A DNA stretch of 64,000 nt from Candidatus Nanoarchaeia archaeon (GCA_028711165.1 JAQTST010000001.1:232857-296856), one strand, 5' to 3'; numbered from the stretch's first letter, positions 45,103 to 55,712 are shown. Notes: a model not told the origin generated them from the sequence alone. Made by a program: numbers and translations.

Positions 45103-45176
45103 GCCTGCGTAGCTCAGTCGGTTAGAGCGCGACATTGGTAATGTCGAGGTCCTGAGTTCAACTCTCAGCACAGGCT
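45103..45176 (+). tRNA. tRNA-Thr(GGT)
   Basis: GCCTGCG-TA-GCTC-AGTCGGTTA-GAGC-G-CGACA-TTGGTAA-TGTCG-AGGTC-CTGAG-TTCAACT-CTCAG-CACAGGC-T. One acceptor mismatch (C6/A67). Confidence 0.75.
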
Positions 45177-45224
45177 TGGTAGTCCTTGAAATAAATTTAT
45201 AAACCTCTTCATCAGACTTCTGAT

Positions 45225-45710
45225 ATGCTTAATGAATGGAATCTTAAACAATTAAAGGAAACTTATAGCTCTCTGGGAGAAAAATATAATCTTCCCTCTT
45301 TTGAAAAACTTAATGGAGATTTCCAGATTGAAAAAGTTGCAGAATACGAGACTGATTTCGTGCTGAGAGAAATAAGGGAAAATATAACTGCGAAATTTCT
45401 TAATTATCTCAGGTTTATTGAATCGCTGATAAACCCGTCGAACGGGCCGATGTTCATGTTCGCTGTGATAAAAACTCTCGGTGCAAGGGAAAAAGAAAAA
45501 CTTTCTGAACTTTACAAAAAGATAGCGAAAATAGATGTTGATTTGATTGAACTTGATTTGGAATATTCTGAAAAAAAAGAAGCTGAGGCGATAAAAAAAT
45601 ATTATGAAATGTGGCAGGAAATCAAGAAAGAACTTATTGAAATCGTCAGTGTCATAAAAAATAACTGGGATGTCAAGGAAGAGAACGGGAAAGGGAATTA
45701 TCTGGGGTAG
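45225..45710 (+). CDS. Hypothetical protein
   Basis: 161 aa, helical and Glu/Lys-rich. Confidence 0.35.
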   Translation: MLNEWNLKQLKETYSSLGEKYNLPSFEKLNGDFQIEKVAEYETDFVLREIRENITAKFLNYLRFIESLINPSNGPMFMFAVIKTLGAREKEKLSELYKKIAKIDVDLIELDLEYSEKKEAEAIKKYYEMWQEIKKELIEIVSVIKNNWDVKEENGKGNYLG

Positions 45711-45776
45711 CGCGGACACCTAATCGGTTTCCTTCGCTTAATCTTCCCCTTGAATTTGTGGTCAAGCCTGATTACT
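45709..45776. repeat. Repeat C, second copy (lacks the AGGTTCCTAATACCTCC module)
   Basis: gcgcggacacctaatcggtttccttcgcttaatcttccccttgaatttgtggtcaagcctgatta versus 25125-25200. Confidence 0.65.
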
Positions 45777-46203
45777 TAAGAATCTTTCTGGCAAATTTTT
45801 TTAATTTTCCAACGAAATAATTTTTATTTTCTTCTTTTGTATAATTCACTTTCTTATCTGTCCTTTCTTCTAACAATCCTAAAACTCCGTAGATAAATTC
45901 TTTTAATGTCTGATTTGTTGCTATATTTTCTGTCTTAATTCCTCTTGGAAAATTTTTATCTCTTTGTGCTTTTTTTATTATTTCTGTGTACTCTTTGTAA
46001 TGGAGTGGAAATGTGACAAAACCGATTCTCTCTTTGCCTTTCAATATTTTTCCGAGGTAGAGAATATCCTCTTCGCTGTCATTTCCGTTGAGAATTAAAA
46101 TATTTTTTACTTTTCTTTTTGACGATTCTTCAAGTGCTCTTTTTTTCCTTTGCTGAGTCCAGCCAGTTGGGATAAGAATATAATCGAGTTCTTTTGGTTT
46201 CAT
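45772..46203 (-). CDS. Hypothetical protein
   Basis: 143 aa, no motif recognised. Confidence 0.35.
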   Translation of the reverse strand: MKPKELDYILIPTGWTQQRKKRALEESSKRKVKNILILNGNDSEEDILYLGKILKGKERIGFVTFPLHYKEYTEIIKKAQRDKNFPRGIKTENIATNQTLKEFIYGVLGLLEERTDKKVNYTKEENKNYFVGKLKKFARKILK

Positions 46204-46253
46204 AATTAGTATAAATACCTAATATTTAAAAAGTCTATTTGTAAAAGATTTTT

Positions 46254-46565
46254 ATGAAAAAATTAGAAATCAATCAATTTTTACTTCCCTTACAAGAATC
46301 TCTTAATATAAAATTAAAAACTGGAGAAAAAATTCCTCCAATATATAAAGAAAAGATTAGAGGTTATAAGGGGTTATATTTATTTGATCCTACGTCTGAA
46401 AAACCCTTTTTAATTGCAAGAAATGCTTTTTGGGCTTTAGATGAAATGAGACTACAGGGAGATATGGTTTATCCAATAGAAGCTGCGAGTTATCTATTTA
46501 ATCAAAGCGTAAATCCAATAAAAATTCAAAAGAGAATAAAGAGTCTTCTCAATAAATTTAATTAA
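46254..46565 (+). CDS. Hypothetical protein
   Basis: 103 aa. Confidence 0.3.
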   Translation: MKKLEINQFLLPLQESLNIKLKTGEKIPPIYKEKIRGYKGLYLFDPTSEKPFLIARNAFWALDEMRLQGDMVYPIEAASYLFNQSVNPIKIQKRIKSLLNKFN

Positions 46566-46571
46566 TTTTTA

Positions 46572-47489
46572 ATGAAACAATCAAATTTTTACGGTTTCAC
46601 AGTGCACAATTGGAAAGCAGAATTAGCTGGTTTTCCTAAAGAAGATTCTTATGCTTTTGATGAAGATAAAAAGATTGTTTGTGTTGCTGATGGAGTAACC
46701 CGGGATTTTACCGACGGAAATGTTGTAACTCGCGACTTGGAAGGATTGCTGAAATCTTGGAATGGGAAATATCCAAAATATGCACAAGATGTTTCTAAAA
46801 TTTGTACTGATAATTTCCTAAAAACTAAATCGTTAATCAAGGCAAATAAATCCATCGGCGATTATAATGCTATGACTTTGGATAAAATTGATTATCTCGG
46901 AAATGATTTTGCAGGATGCACTGCTGCGGGGGTTTTTGAGAAAGGTGAATTTTTGTACTGGCAGTTTATTGCTGATTCAGGAATTGCAATTATTGACTCT
47001 TTTGGAAATTTGAAATTTAAAACACCTGATGAAGGACCTCATTGCAAAGAAAAGAATCCTTATCTTGAAAGAATTTTAAAACAGCATGGCGAATTTCAGA
47101 ATCCTGAAGGAAGAAAAATAATTCGAAGCCAATATAGAAATAATCCCGAAGAAAAATTTGCTTATGGGGTTTTAACTGGAGAGAAAACTGCAGAAAATTA
47201 TATCAAAGGGGGAAAAGAAAAACTTAATACTGGAGACTATGTTTTGCTTTATACCGACGGAGTCGGAGAATTTATTTTTAATAATGAAAAGATAGACAGA
47301 GAATTTAGGAATAAATTACTTCAAAATGATTTCAAGGGAATGAGAGAATTCTGCAAGAAAAAAATTTCAAATGAAGGAACTTTGGTTGTTTATCAAAAAC
47401 CTGCTAGGCATTCTTCTCCTTCAGCCTATTCAATGATGATGAGACAAAAAGAACTTTGTGAGAGAGATTTTTTTGGTCCTTTGTATTAA
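46572..47489 (+). CDS. Hypothetical protein, possibly PP2C/SpoIIE-like phosphatase fold
   Basis: IVCVADGVTRD, AGCTAAGVF...FIADSGIAIID and LLYTDGVGEF resemble PPM motif spacing but lack the canonical DG.GG. Confidence 0.35.
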   Translation: MKQSNFYGFTVHNWKAELAGFPKEDSYAFDEDKKIVCVADGVTRDFTDGNVVTRDLEGLLKSWNGKYPKYAQDVSKICTDNFLKTKSLIKANKSIGDYNAMTLDKIDYLGNDFAGCTAAGVFEKGEFLYWQFIADSGIAIIDSFGNLKFKTPDEGPHCKEKNPYLERILKQHGEFQNPEGRKIIRSQYRNNPEEKFAYGVLTGEKTAENYIKGGKEKLNTGDYVLLYTDGVGEFIFNNEKIDREFRNKLLQNDFKGMREFCKKKISNEGTLVVYQKPARHSSPSAYSMMMRQKELCERDFFGPLY

Positions 47490-47490
47490 A

Positions 47491-49146
47491 TTATTCCAGC
47501 TTCCTGAAAATTTCTTCCAGACTAATTTCAAATAACGAAACAGGCATTTTTATTTTCCAGTTCTTCAAAATCTTTGGATGAATTTCTCCGAGGAAACCTA
47601 TTGATTTTTCTTTTTTGTCTTCACGAAGTCCGTTCATTAAAAATATTTCAGCAGTTCTGCCCTCGATGAAATAGTTTGGAATTTTGCTTTCTGGCTCTGT
47701 AATTTTTATTTCTACATTCAGCATTCTTGAAAGATATTCGAGAATCTGCCTGACTTCTGTGAAATTTGCAGGAGCAACAGCGAGTGCAAGACTTTCTGTT
47801 TCTTTGTAATTGCTGAAAACTTTTCCGGTCTCAAATATTTTCTGCGGATATTCTGAGTCAACATTTTCTGAAAGAATTTTCATCAGATAGTGGCTTAAAT
47901 CTTTTCTGAGAATTGTATAATCTGTTTTTGATGCCTCAATCTCGACGGCATTTTCTTCCGGCATTGACATTTTTTTGAACTGGTCGCTTTTGCTTGTAAG
48001 ATGATAACTCGAAGTTTCCAAGATGTTTAATCCTGTAAGAATTTCTGCAATTTTTCTCTTTATTATTTCTTTTCCACTTTCTTTTCCGACTGTTGATATC
48101 TCAGGAATTTCGGGAATGAAATTTTCATAACCATAAGCAATTGCTATATCTTCTATCAAATCAACTTCATGAAGCATATCTGTCCTCCACGACGGTATTT
48201 CCACAATTCCTTTATTATAATTGTGCCCCATTTTTTCTATGAATTCTTTAACTTGTTTTTCGTTCAAATTTAACCCTAAAAGAGAATTTGCATTCTGAAT
48301 ATTCAGTTTCATTTTTTCAGGAGTCAAGTCAGGAGTTATTTTCTTTTTGCCTCCTTCTTTAAGTTCCATCTGATAAATTTTACCACCCATATCTGCAAGA
48401 ATTGTCACAATCATATTCAGGCACTTTTGCAAAACTGAGAAATCAAAACCAGAGCATTCGACGAAAACATCTGTGGTTTCTTCTGTTATCTTTCCTGTTT
48501 TCTGGGAATTTATAATCGGAGGCATACTTAAAACATTATTTTCAGCGTCGACAAATATGGGGAATTTTGATTTGCCTGCAAGCAAGTGTGCATATTCTCT
48601 TCCTGTCGGATGTCTCTGAAGAATTTGTAATCCTGACATTTCTCTGTCAGATTCGAGCGGAATGAATTTTATCTTATCTGGTTCAAGAGCTTTGAAAGTT
48701 ATCGGCAATTTTATTTTTTCAAGAGGATAAATTCCTATGGCAAGTTTTTTTCTTTTCCTGCCGACGGTGAAATGCAATTTTTCCTGCACATCAATTATCT
48801 CCTTAATTTTCTCGTCATCGAACTTCAATCCTCTGACAATCGCACAGGCAGTATAAGGACGAATATTTTTTACTGAAGAATCTATTATTACAGAATAATC
48901 TTTTTCTGGTTTGTTAACTTTGTATTCTTTCAAACCTTTTTGTTTTCCCAAGAATGAGAGGAAACTTCTTTTGAATCCCTGATAAGAAAGCAAGTCCGGG
49001 CGATTTGGATTTACATTTATTTCGAAATCTGTATCAGAAACTGACTCGACTGTTGTTCCGAACATTGCAACTTTGTTTTGCATTTTCTCGTCGAGCTTTC
49101 CGATTTCTTTCTCAAATAATTTTTTGTTTATTGATATATTAGCCAT
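47491..49146 (-). CDS. pheT: Phenylalanyl-tRNA synthetase beta subunit (archaeal type)
   Basis: About 550 aa; N-terminal B3/B4-like region (NPNRPDLLSYQGF) and C-terminal class II core. Confidence 0.75.
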   Translation of the reverse strand: MANISINKKLFEKEIGKLDEKMQNKVAMFGTTVESVSDTDFEINVNPNRPDLLSYQGFKRSFLSFLGKQKGLKEYKVNKPEKDYSVIIDSSVKNIRPYTACAIVRGLKFDDEKIKEIIDVQEKLHFTVGRKRKKLAIGIYPLEKIKLPITFKALEPDKIKFIPLESDREMSGLQILQRHPTGREYAHLLAGKSKFPIFVDAENNVLSMPPIINSQKTGKITEETTDVFVECSGFDFSVLQKCLNMIVTILADMGGKIYQMELKEGGKKKITPDLTPEKMKLNIQNANSLLGLNLNEKQVKEFIEKMGHNYNKGIVEIPSWRTDMLHEVDLIEDIAIAYGYENFIPEIPEISTVGKESGKEIIKRKIAEILTGLNILETSSYHLTSKSDQFKKMSMPEENAVEIEASKTDYTILRKDLSHYLMKILSENVDSEYPQKIFETGKVFSNYKETESLALAVAPANFTEVRQILEYLSRMLNVEIKITEPESKIPNYFIEGRTAEIFLMNGLREDKKEKSIGFLGEIHPKILKNWKIKMPVSLFEISLEEIFRKLE

Positions 49147-49162
49147 TTTATTTCTTCCAAAC

Positions 49163-49276
49163 TTCGCTCGTCAATCCCACCCAACTCAAGCCCTCACTCA
49201 TTGCTATTAATTTCTGCTGGCATTCGTGAAAACTCTCGCCCACCCAATGCGGAAAAAATTTGTACTCGCGAAATTT
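49163..49276. repeat. Family-A repeat, longest composite copy (intergenic between pheT and pheS)
   Basis: acttcgctcgtcaatcccacccaactcaagccctcactcattgctattaatttctgctggcattcgtgaaaactctcgcccacccaatgcggaaaaaatttgtactcgcgaaattt. Confidence 0.8.
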
Positions 49277-49287
49277 AATTTCATTTA

Positions 49288-50793
49288 TCATTTTGTCCAA
49301 AATTTTATCTTTCTTAATTTGTTTAAATTATTCTCATACATCTCACGATAATTTTTTATTCCGTAATAATCCATCACTGTTCTGTCTCCTGGTCCCCACG
49401 CTAATACTGTTATGTTTTCTCCAAAAAGAGGAATGACTACTTCTGGGCGTAAAATTCCTGCTCCTCCGAGTTCGAACCATATCTTTTTCTCGGGATGCCA
49501 TACATCAATCTCGACACTTGGTTCTGTGTAAGCGAAATATGAAGGACGGAATCTTACTTTTTCAAAACCCATCTTCCTGAAGAATTCCTGCAGATAGCCA
49601 AGCAGATTTCTGAAATTTAAATTTGGAGCGACGACAATTCCTTCTGTCTGATTGAATTCAAATCCGTGACTCCAGTCGACTGTTTCATTTCTGAAACATT
49701 TTCCGACGGCAAAGAATTTTGCAGGGATATTTTTTTTATCCAAATTTGCAAGTGTGTGCGCGGATAAAGCAGTTGTATGAGTTCTGAGGACAAGTTTTTT
49801 TGCTTCTTCTTCACTCCATTCATAGCCCCACCCCTTGCTTCCACCAATTCCTTTTTCATGCGCTTCTTTCACTGCTTTCACAATTTTTCTGTCAGACAAT
49901 TCTACTTTTTTATTTATGAAGAATGTATCCTGCATTTCACGGACGGGGTGGTCTTGTGCAGTGAACAATGCGTCAAAAACCCAGAATGAACTTTGCATTA
50001 TATCTCCGCTCATTTCCTGGAATCCCATCTGCGTCCAAATCTTGCGCATATAATCTGTTGCCTGATTTACAAAATGTCTTTTTCCTCCGTTTATCGACGG
50101 CAAAGGAGAAGTCACGTCATATCTTCTGAATTTTTTTCCTCTCCATGCAGATTCTCTTTCAAGAAGTTTTGGTGTCACACCTTCAATTAAATCTCCAACG
50201 CCCCTGTTAGATTTTATAATCTCCTCGCCAAGTTTAGTTATATTTATGCTAATTAATTCTTCCTCTCTAATCTGAACAATGTCTTTTCTTTTCTCCAGAG
50301 ATTTCAAGGAGTACAACTGTTCAGGACTTAGCAAATGATATTCCATCGGGAGCATTTCTATGAATAATTCTTCAAGGGTTTTTCTGGAAATTTCATCTCC
50401 GCTTCCTGTCAGAACCAGTTTTTCATTTTTTATTTCTATCAGCGCCTTTTTTTTCAGAGCGCCGATTGATGCCTTGAACTCTTCAGTTGAAAGTCCGCTT
50501 TGTCTTTGTGCTTCATCTAATTTTAAAATTCTTTTTTCATTCAGCAAATTCAGCAATCTTCTCTCGGGCAATTCTTTTTTTCTGTACAACGCACCATTAA
50601 CTCCCAGCTCGACAGTTTTCTTTCTCTCTTTTGATAAGGTAATCAATTTTTTATTTTCGAGATATTCCAATGCACGAAGAACAGAAGTTTTATCCAGCTT
50701 TGATTGCCTGCAGATTTCATCTATATTTTCTTTTAAGTAAGGAAGAATCTTTCTCTCGTTCGGGCTCAGTGATTCAATGAGTTTCTCGTCCAT
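49288..50793 (-). CDS. pheS: Phenylalanyl-tRNA synthetase alpha subunit (archaeal type)
   Basis: About 500 aa; class II motifs FRPSYFAYTEPSVEIDVW and GAGILRPEV. Confidence 0.8.
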   Translation of the reverse strand: MDEKLIESLSPNERKILPYLKENIDEICRQSKLDKTSVLRALEYLENKKLITLSKERKKTVELGVNGALYRKKELPERRLLNLLNEKRILKLDEAQRQSGLSTEEFKASIGALKKKALIEIKNEKLVLTGSGDEISRKTLEELFIEMLPMEYHLLSPEQLYSLKSLEKRKDIVQIREEELISINITKLGEEIIKSNRGVGDLIEGVTPKLLERESAWRGKKFRRYDVTSPLPSINGGKRHFVNQATDYMRKIWTQMGFQEMSGDIMQSSFWVFDALFTAQDHPVREMQDTFFINKKVELSDRKIVKAVKEAHEKGIGGSKGWGYEWSEEEAKKLVLRTHTTALSAHTLANLDKKNIPAKFFAVGKCFRNETVDWSHGFEFNQTEGIVVAPNLNFRNLLGYLQEFFRKMGFEKVRFRPSYFAYTEPSVEIDVWHPEKKIWFELGGAGILRPEVVIPLFGENITVLAWGPGDRTVMDYYGIKNYREMYENNLNKLRKIKFWTK

Positions 50794-50850
50794 ATAATTC
50801 CTAAAGAAAACAGATTAAAAAGGTTTTTGTTATCTTTTTGAATTCCAATT

Positions 50851-50900
50851 CCCCACTAATATTTCGACTACGTCGAAAAACCCGCCCGAGAGAATTTTAT
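50851..50900. repeat. Partial family-A-like fragment with TCGACTACGTCGA palindrome
   Basis: ccccactaatatttcgactacgtcgaaaaacccgcccgagagaatttt. Confidence 0.35.
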
Positions 50901-50949
50901 AATAGATTGCCAAAACATTCGTGAATTCAAAAAATATTTTTTCTTTATT

Positions 50950-51402
50950 TTACAATTCTCTTATCATATTCGTCGGCATTCCGAGAACTAAATTAAGCGC
51001 TCTCAAATCATAAACATTTCTGTCATTTTTTTTGTCCAGGACGATAATCTCCATTTTCAATTTGTTCTTGCTGCAGATTTTTATATTCTGAGAAACACGG
51101 GCGAGAATCATTGCTTTTTGCTTTCCTTCTGAACTGATTATCTCGTCGAGATTTACTCCTATGATTACATTTTTCTTTTTGGCGAGTTTCGCAAGAACAT
51201 GATTGAATCCTGAATTTCTCTGTTTTTGGAAATCTTTTCTTCCTGCCTGATTTATCAGCAAGACATTAATATCTTCTTTTTCCAAAATCTTTCTGTTCAG
51301 TTCATCGTCGTCAGAAGAGAAAATTATTTTCTTATCTTTATTTTCTTTTATCAGTTTTCTTGCTTTATCAAAGTTATTTTCGTAAATTAAAATCTGCTCC
51401 AT
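50950..51402 (-). CDS. Short RNase P protein component 3 (Rpp30)-like protein
   Basis: C-terminal HVLAKLAKKKNVIIGVNLDEII...LARVSQNIKICSKNKLKMEIIVLDKKNDRNVYDLRALNLVLGM follows the Rpp30 TIM-barrel C-terminal pattern. Only 150 aa. Confidence 0.4.
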   Translation of the reverse strand: MEQILIYENNFDKARKLIKENKDKKIIFSSDDDELNRKILEKEDINVLLINQAGRKDFQKQRNSGFNHVLAKLAKKKNVIIGVNLDEIISSEGKQKAMILARVSQNIKICSKNKLKMEIIVLDKKNDRNVYDLRALNLVLGMPTNMIREL

Positions 51403-51439
51403 TAGTGAACTAAGAAAAAAGAGTTTTTATTTTTTGGTA

Positions 51440-53695
51440 TTACAATACTTTCTTAAGGTATTCACCTGTGTAGCTTTTTTTACACTTTATCAAATCTTCG
51501 GGGGTTCCTTCAAACAATATTTCTCCGCCTTTATTTCCGCCTTCAGGACCCAAATCAATTACCCAATCAGCGTGTCTGATTACATCTAAATTATGCTCTA
51601 TTACAACTACGGTATTATTATTGTCTGTCAGAGATTTTATTATTTCAAGTAATTTTTTAATATCTGCCATGTGCAACCCCGTGGTTGGTTCGTCCATAAC
51701 ATAAATTTTTCCTTTCTTGTGAAGTTCTGAGGCAAGTTTTATTCTTTGGGCTTCTCCCCCCGATAAAGTACTAAGCGGCTGTCCTACTTCGAGATATTCT
51801 AATCCGACGTCAGTTAATACTTTTAATTTTCTGTTTATTTCCGAATCTTTAAAAAAATCTTTTAATTCGAGAATTGTCATACTCAAAATCTCAGAGATAT
51901 TTTTTCCTTTATATTTTAATTTTAAAACATCTTCTGTATACCTTTTTCCATTACACACGTCACAGGTTACTTTAACCTCGTCGAGGAAACTCATTTCGTA
52001 AGATATTGTTCCGAGCCCTTTGCACTTTGGACAGGCACCTTTTGAATTGAAACTGAATAGCGACGGGTTTGCTTTGGTTGCTTTTGCAAATTCCTTTCTG
52101 ATATTATCAAATATTCCGACGTAAGTTGCAGGATTTGACCTTGACGACCTTCCAATTGCAGACTGGTCGATGACAATAGCATCAGGATTTTCTTTTAAAA
52201 ACAAATCATTAATCAAACTGCTTTTTCCGGAACCAGCAACGCCGGTGATACAGGTTAAAATTCCTATCGGGATTTTTGTTGAAACATTTTTTAGATTATG
52301 AAGAGTTGCATTTTTTATCTCGATAAAATCTTTCCATTCTTTTCTCTTGTCATAAATTTTTGTTTTTTTATTCAGAAATTCTGCAGTCAATCCATCAGAA
52401 TCTTTTAATCCGCTAATCGGCCCAGCGTATACAATCTTTCCTCCTTTTGTTCCTGCATGAGGCCCCACGTCAATTATATATTCTGCTGATTTTATAATAT
52501 CGGGGTCATGTTCGACGATGAAGACACTATTTCCTTTATCTTTTAATTTCTTTAACATTTCAATTAATTTGTTATTATCCCGAGGATGAAGTCCAATAGA
52601 AGGCTCGTCTAATATATACATTAAATCTACCAAATCACAATCCAATTGCCTCGACATTTTTACTCTTTGGCTTTCTCCGCCAGATAATGTTACAACTGCA
52701 CGATTGAGAGACAGATATCCAATTCCTATTTCTATCATATGCGAGAGGATTTGTCTCATCTTTGAAATTATTGGTTTTGCTATTTCCCCTTTTATTGCTG
52801 CCAGATATTTGTCTAATTCTGTTAATTCCATCTCGACAACTTCGGGAATATTTTTTCCGTTAACCTTTACACTTCTTGCTCTTTCATTTATTCGGGAACC
52901 TTTACACGAATCACAATCGGCGTAGATAAAATATTTCTGATATACATTCTTTTTATCTTCGGATGATTCGTCAGATGCTTTACTTATGTAAAGTCTTTCT
53001 AATCTTCGGGCGATTCCTTCAAAGTTTTTAGAATATATTCCTGCACCGTGCCTTTTTTCTATCGGGATTGATCTGGCATGTAACAAATCATTAAGTTCTT
53101 TTTTTGAAAAATCTTCTAATTTTTTATCTACATCGAATAAACCCATCCCCATTATCTCTCTCCAATTCCATCCTTCAACTTTGTAATCCGGATGAGTGAT
53201 TGCACCTTCTCTGATTGTTTTTTCTTTATCAATCAATTTATTTATATCGACGATTATTTTTTTCCCGAGCCCTGTACATTCGGGGCACATTCCTAACGTA
53301 TTATTAAATCCGAAGAGAAAAGAAGGGCCGATAAATTTGTCTCCGCATCTCGAGAATAAAAGTTTTAGATAAGTGTAAAGTTCAGTCGCGGTTCCCAATG
53401 TACTTCTTAATGTTGTTCCCATCCTTTTCTGGTCTATCACAATTGCCGTCGATATATTTTTTATTTCATCGACATCTGGCTTGGAAAGTTTTGGCATTCT
53501 TGCTCTTGCGAAAGACGAAAACGTTTCGATTAACTGCCTTTGAGCTTCAGTGTAAATTGTATCAAAAACCAAAGATGATTTTCCAGAACCAGAAACTCCT
53601 GTAAAAACTACTAACTTATTTTTTGGAATTTCAAGAGAAATATTTTTGAGATTGTGGGTTCTTGCTCCTTTGATTATAATTTTGTCCTGATTCAT
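51440..53695 (-). CDS. uvrA: UvrA-like ABC ATPase (short form, 751 aa)
   Basis: Two Walker A motifs [10 protein letters not shown] and [10 protein letters not shown]; ABC signatures LSGGESQRV and LSGGEAQRI; zinc module CPECTGLGK / CDVCNGKRY. Confidence 0.8.
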   Translation of the reverse strand: MNQDKIIIKGARTHNLKNISLEIPKNKLVVFTGVSGSGKSSLVFDTIYTEAQRQLIETFSSFARARMPKLSKPDVDEIKNISTAIVIDQKRMGTTLRSTLGTATELYTYLKLLFSRCGDKFIGPSFLFGFNNTLGMCPECTGLGKKIIVDINKLIDKEKTIREGAITHPDYKVEGWNWREIMGMGLFDVDKKLEDFSKKELNDLLHARSIPIEKRHGAGIYSKNFEGIARRLERLYISKASDESSEDKKNVYQKYFIYADCDSCKGSRINERARSVKVNGKNIPEVVEMELTELDKYLAAIKGEIAKPIISKMRQILSHMIEIGIGYLSLNRAVVTLSGGESQRVKMSRQLDCDLVDLMYILDEPSIGLHPRDNNKLIEMLKKLKDKGNSVFIVEHDPDIIKSAEYIIDVGPHAGTKGGKIVYAGPISGLKDSDGLTAEFLNKKTKIYDKRKEWKDFIEIKNATLHNLKNVSTKIPIGILTCITGVAGSGKSSLINDLFLKENPDAIVIDQSAIGRSSRSNPATYVGIFDNIRKEFAKATKANPSLFSFNSKGACPKCKGLGTISYEMSFLDEVKVTCDVCNGKRYTEDVLKLKYKGKNISEILSMTILELKDFFKDSEINRKLKVLTDVGLEYLEVGQPLSTLSGGEAQRIKLASELHKKGKIYVMDEPTTGLHMADIKKLLEIIKSLTDNNNTVVVIEHNLDVIRHADWVIDLGPEGGNKGGEILFEGTPEDLIKCKKSYTGEYLKKVL

Positions 53696-54933
53696 TTGCC
53701 TTCCTCCTTTAATTTCCCATATGCAATTATAAAATTTTTAAGAGCATATGACAATTCAACGAGTTTTTCCATATTTATTATTTTTGGAACGTCTTTTTGC
53801 GTATGGGTTATGTGTTTCATTAAGTAATCTGTTTGGTCTGATGTAATAGCGATTGCAGGTATTTTACTCTGGAAAAAAATCATATGGTCTCCCTGATACC
53901 ATTCTCCGCCCTTAACAATTCCCTTATGCTTCTGAAATATATCATCAGCTTCATTCTGAGTTTTGTTATCACATCCATAAAAAGAATATGCTGTTTTTCC
54001 TTTTTTATAACCGACATCGTCGATGTTTATTGAAAGAACTATTTTCCCAAATTCTTTTTTGTATCTCTTAAAGTAATCCATCTGCCCCCCGACACTGTAA
54101 TTGTCCTCGCCATTAAATGCGATAATTTCTATTTGGTCTTTTATTTTGTAATCTTTAATCATTTCTGCAAGGAGCAATAATACTGCTGTTCCTGAAGCAT
54201 TGTCTGATGCTCCGGGGGTGTCATTATAAGCGTCAATATGTGCGCAGATTACAATTTTTTTTGAACTCTCTCCTTTCTTTGCAATTACATTATTTGCTGT
54301 CGAGGGAATTCTTTTCCCCTCTGCTTTTAAGGTGAATATTTTTCCCGTCTTCAAAGCTATCTTTTTCCCTTCGCTTTCAGTACAATAGACTACGGGAATA
54401 TCAAAATCCCCGTCTTCAATTAATGGGAAAGGATATACTGCTCCTATTGATTCTGGTCTTTTTTCCGTCGCTGTAATTATCGCTGCGGGTTTCTTCTTTT
54501 CTAAAATCTGATATATTTTCTTATGATGCTCTGGATTGTAAAAAATAAAATTTTTTGGCATAAGCTGTTCATTGCATATCTCTCCTTTCATTAATAATAT
54601 CTTTCCTGTAAATGATATTTTTTCGAGTTCTTCAATTGTTGATACTGTTACAAGTTCAGAGGTTACATTGCACCCGAGAGAAAAAGAACTTATGTATACA
54701 TCGAAATTATTCTTGTCACATTTTAAGGAAGATTTTCCGCTCTTAAAATCCAGACATTTAAACGAAGCTGTATCAATTTTATATCCAAAAGACTTTATTG
54801 TTTCAGCAAAGAATTTCGTTGCTTCACGATTTCCCGACGAACCTGTACGCCTGTTTGGTTTTACATTGCAGAATTTATTAATATATTTTTTTGCTTTTAT
54901 TTCATACCCCTTCTGAAGATTATCTTTTTTCAT
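53692..54933 (-). CDS. M28-family aminopeptidase (with PA-like domain)
   Basis: VICAHIDAYNDTPGASDNASGTAVLLLLAE and IIAFNGEDNYSVGGQ metal-ligand motifs. Confidence 0.55.
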   Translation of the reverse strand: MKKDNLQKGYEIKAKKYINKFCNVKPNRRTGSSGNREATKFFAETIKSFGYKIDTASFKCLDFKSGKSSLKCDKNNFDVYISSFSLGCNVTSELVTVSTIEELEKISFTGKILLMKGEICNEQLMPKNFIFYNPEHHKKIYQILEKKKPAAIITATEKRPESIGAVYPFPLIEDGDFDIPVVYCTESEGKKIALKTGKIFTLKAEGKRIPSTANNVIAKKGESSKKIVICAHIDAYNDTPGASDNASGTAVLLLLAEMIKDYKIKDQIEIIAFNGEDNYSVGGQMDYFKRYKKEFGKIVLSINIDDVGYKKGKTAYSFYGCDNKTQNEADDIFQKHKGIVKGGEWYQGDHMIFFQSKIPAIAITSDQTDYLMKHITHTQKDVPKIINMEKLVELSYALKNFIIAYGKLKEEGK

Positions 54934-55712
54934 TTGAATTTTTCTTTCAACTTTGTATTTAATCTGTTGTAAAAACCTCCTGATATTTTGTCAGTATAAA
55001 TTGCTTTTTGAGGACATTTGTTATAACAAACAAAACATCCTTTGCATTTGTCCATCAGAAAACTTGGGGTTTTGTTAAATTTAATTGCCTGATACGGACA
55101 TGAGTTATAACAAATTTTACAGCTGTTGCATTTATTTTTATCTACATGGAGAATTCCAAACTGCTTCATTATTTTTTTATTTGACGTCGGAGGAATTATA
55201 ATATCCCAAAAATTCATCTTAACTTTAACTCTTGAAAGTTTTTCCTTCTTTTTTATCTGATTATATTTTTCTTTTATCTCAGAAATAAATTCCCGAAAAT
55301 TTTTCAATTCTTCATTATTCGGTGCGCTGAGATTTGCCAGATTTTTAGCTATAAATGGAGGATAACTTTCCGGCATATGAAGTTTGTGATATGCAATTAC
55401 TTCAAATCCTTTATTTTTTACAACTTTCTCCAAATTTTTTAAGACACGTCCCGGCATCACTCCAAAAGTTGCCAAGAGGAATACTGGTTTGCTGTTCTGT
55501 TTATTTATTGAGTTCAAAAATTCGTAAACCTTTGGGGGAATATTTAGGTAATAAGTTGAAGTTGCAAATCCGACTAAATCGTATTTATTCCAATTTATTT
55601 TTTTCTCTTCGGAGATATCAATTAATTCTACGCCTGAAATCTGCTTTTTAATATATTCACAGGCAATTTTTGTGTTTCCTGTTTCAGAATAATAAAATAA
55701 TCCTATTGTCAT
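54930..55712 (-). CDS. Flavodoxin-domain protein fused to a 2x[4Fe-4S] ferredoxin domain
   Basis: MTIGLFYYSETGNTKIA flavodoxin start; C-terminal CNSCKICYNSCP and CKGCFVCYNKCP. Confidence 0.6.
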   Translation of the reverse strand: MTIGLFYYSETGNTKIACEYIKKQISGVELIDISEEKKINWNKYDLVGFATSTYYLNIPPKVYEFLNSINKQNSKPVFLLATFGVMPGRVLKNLEKVVKNKGFEVIAYHKLHMPESYPPFIAKNLANLSAPNNEELKNFREFISEIKEKYNQIKKKEKLSRVKVKMNFWDIIIPPTSNKKIMKQFGILHVDKNKCNSCKICYNSCPYQAIKFNKTPSFLMDKCKGCFVCYNKCPQKAIYTDKISGGFYNRLNTKLKEKFK

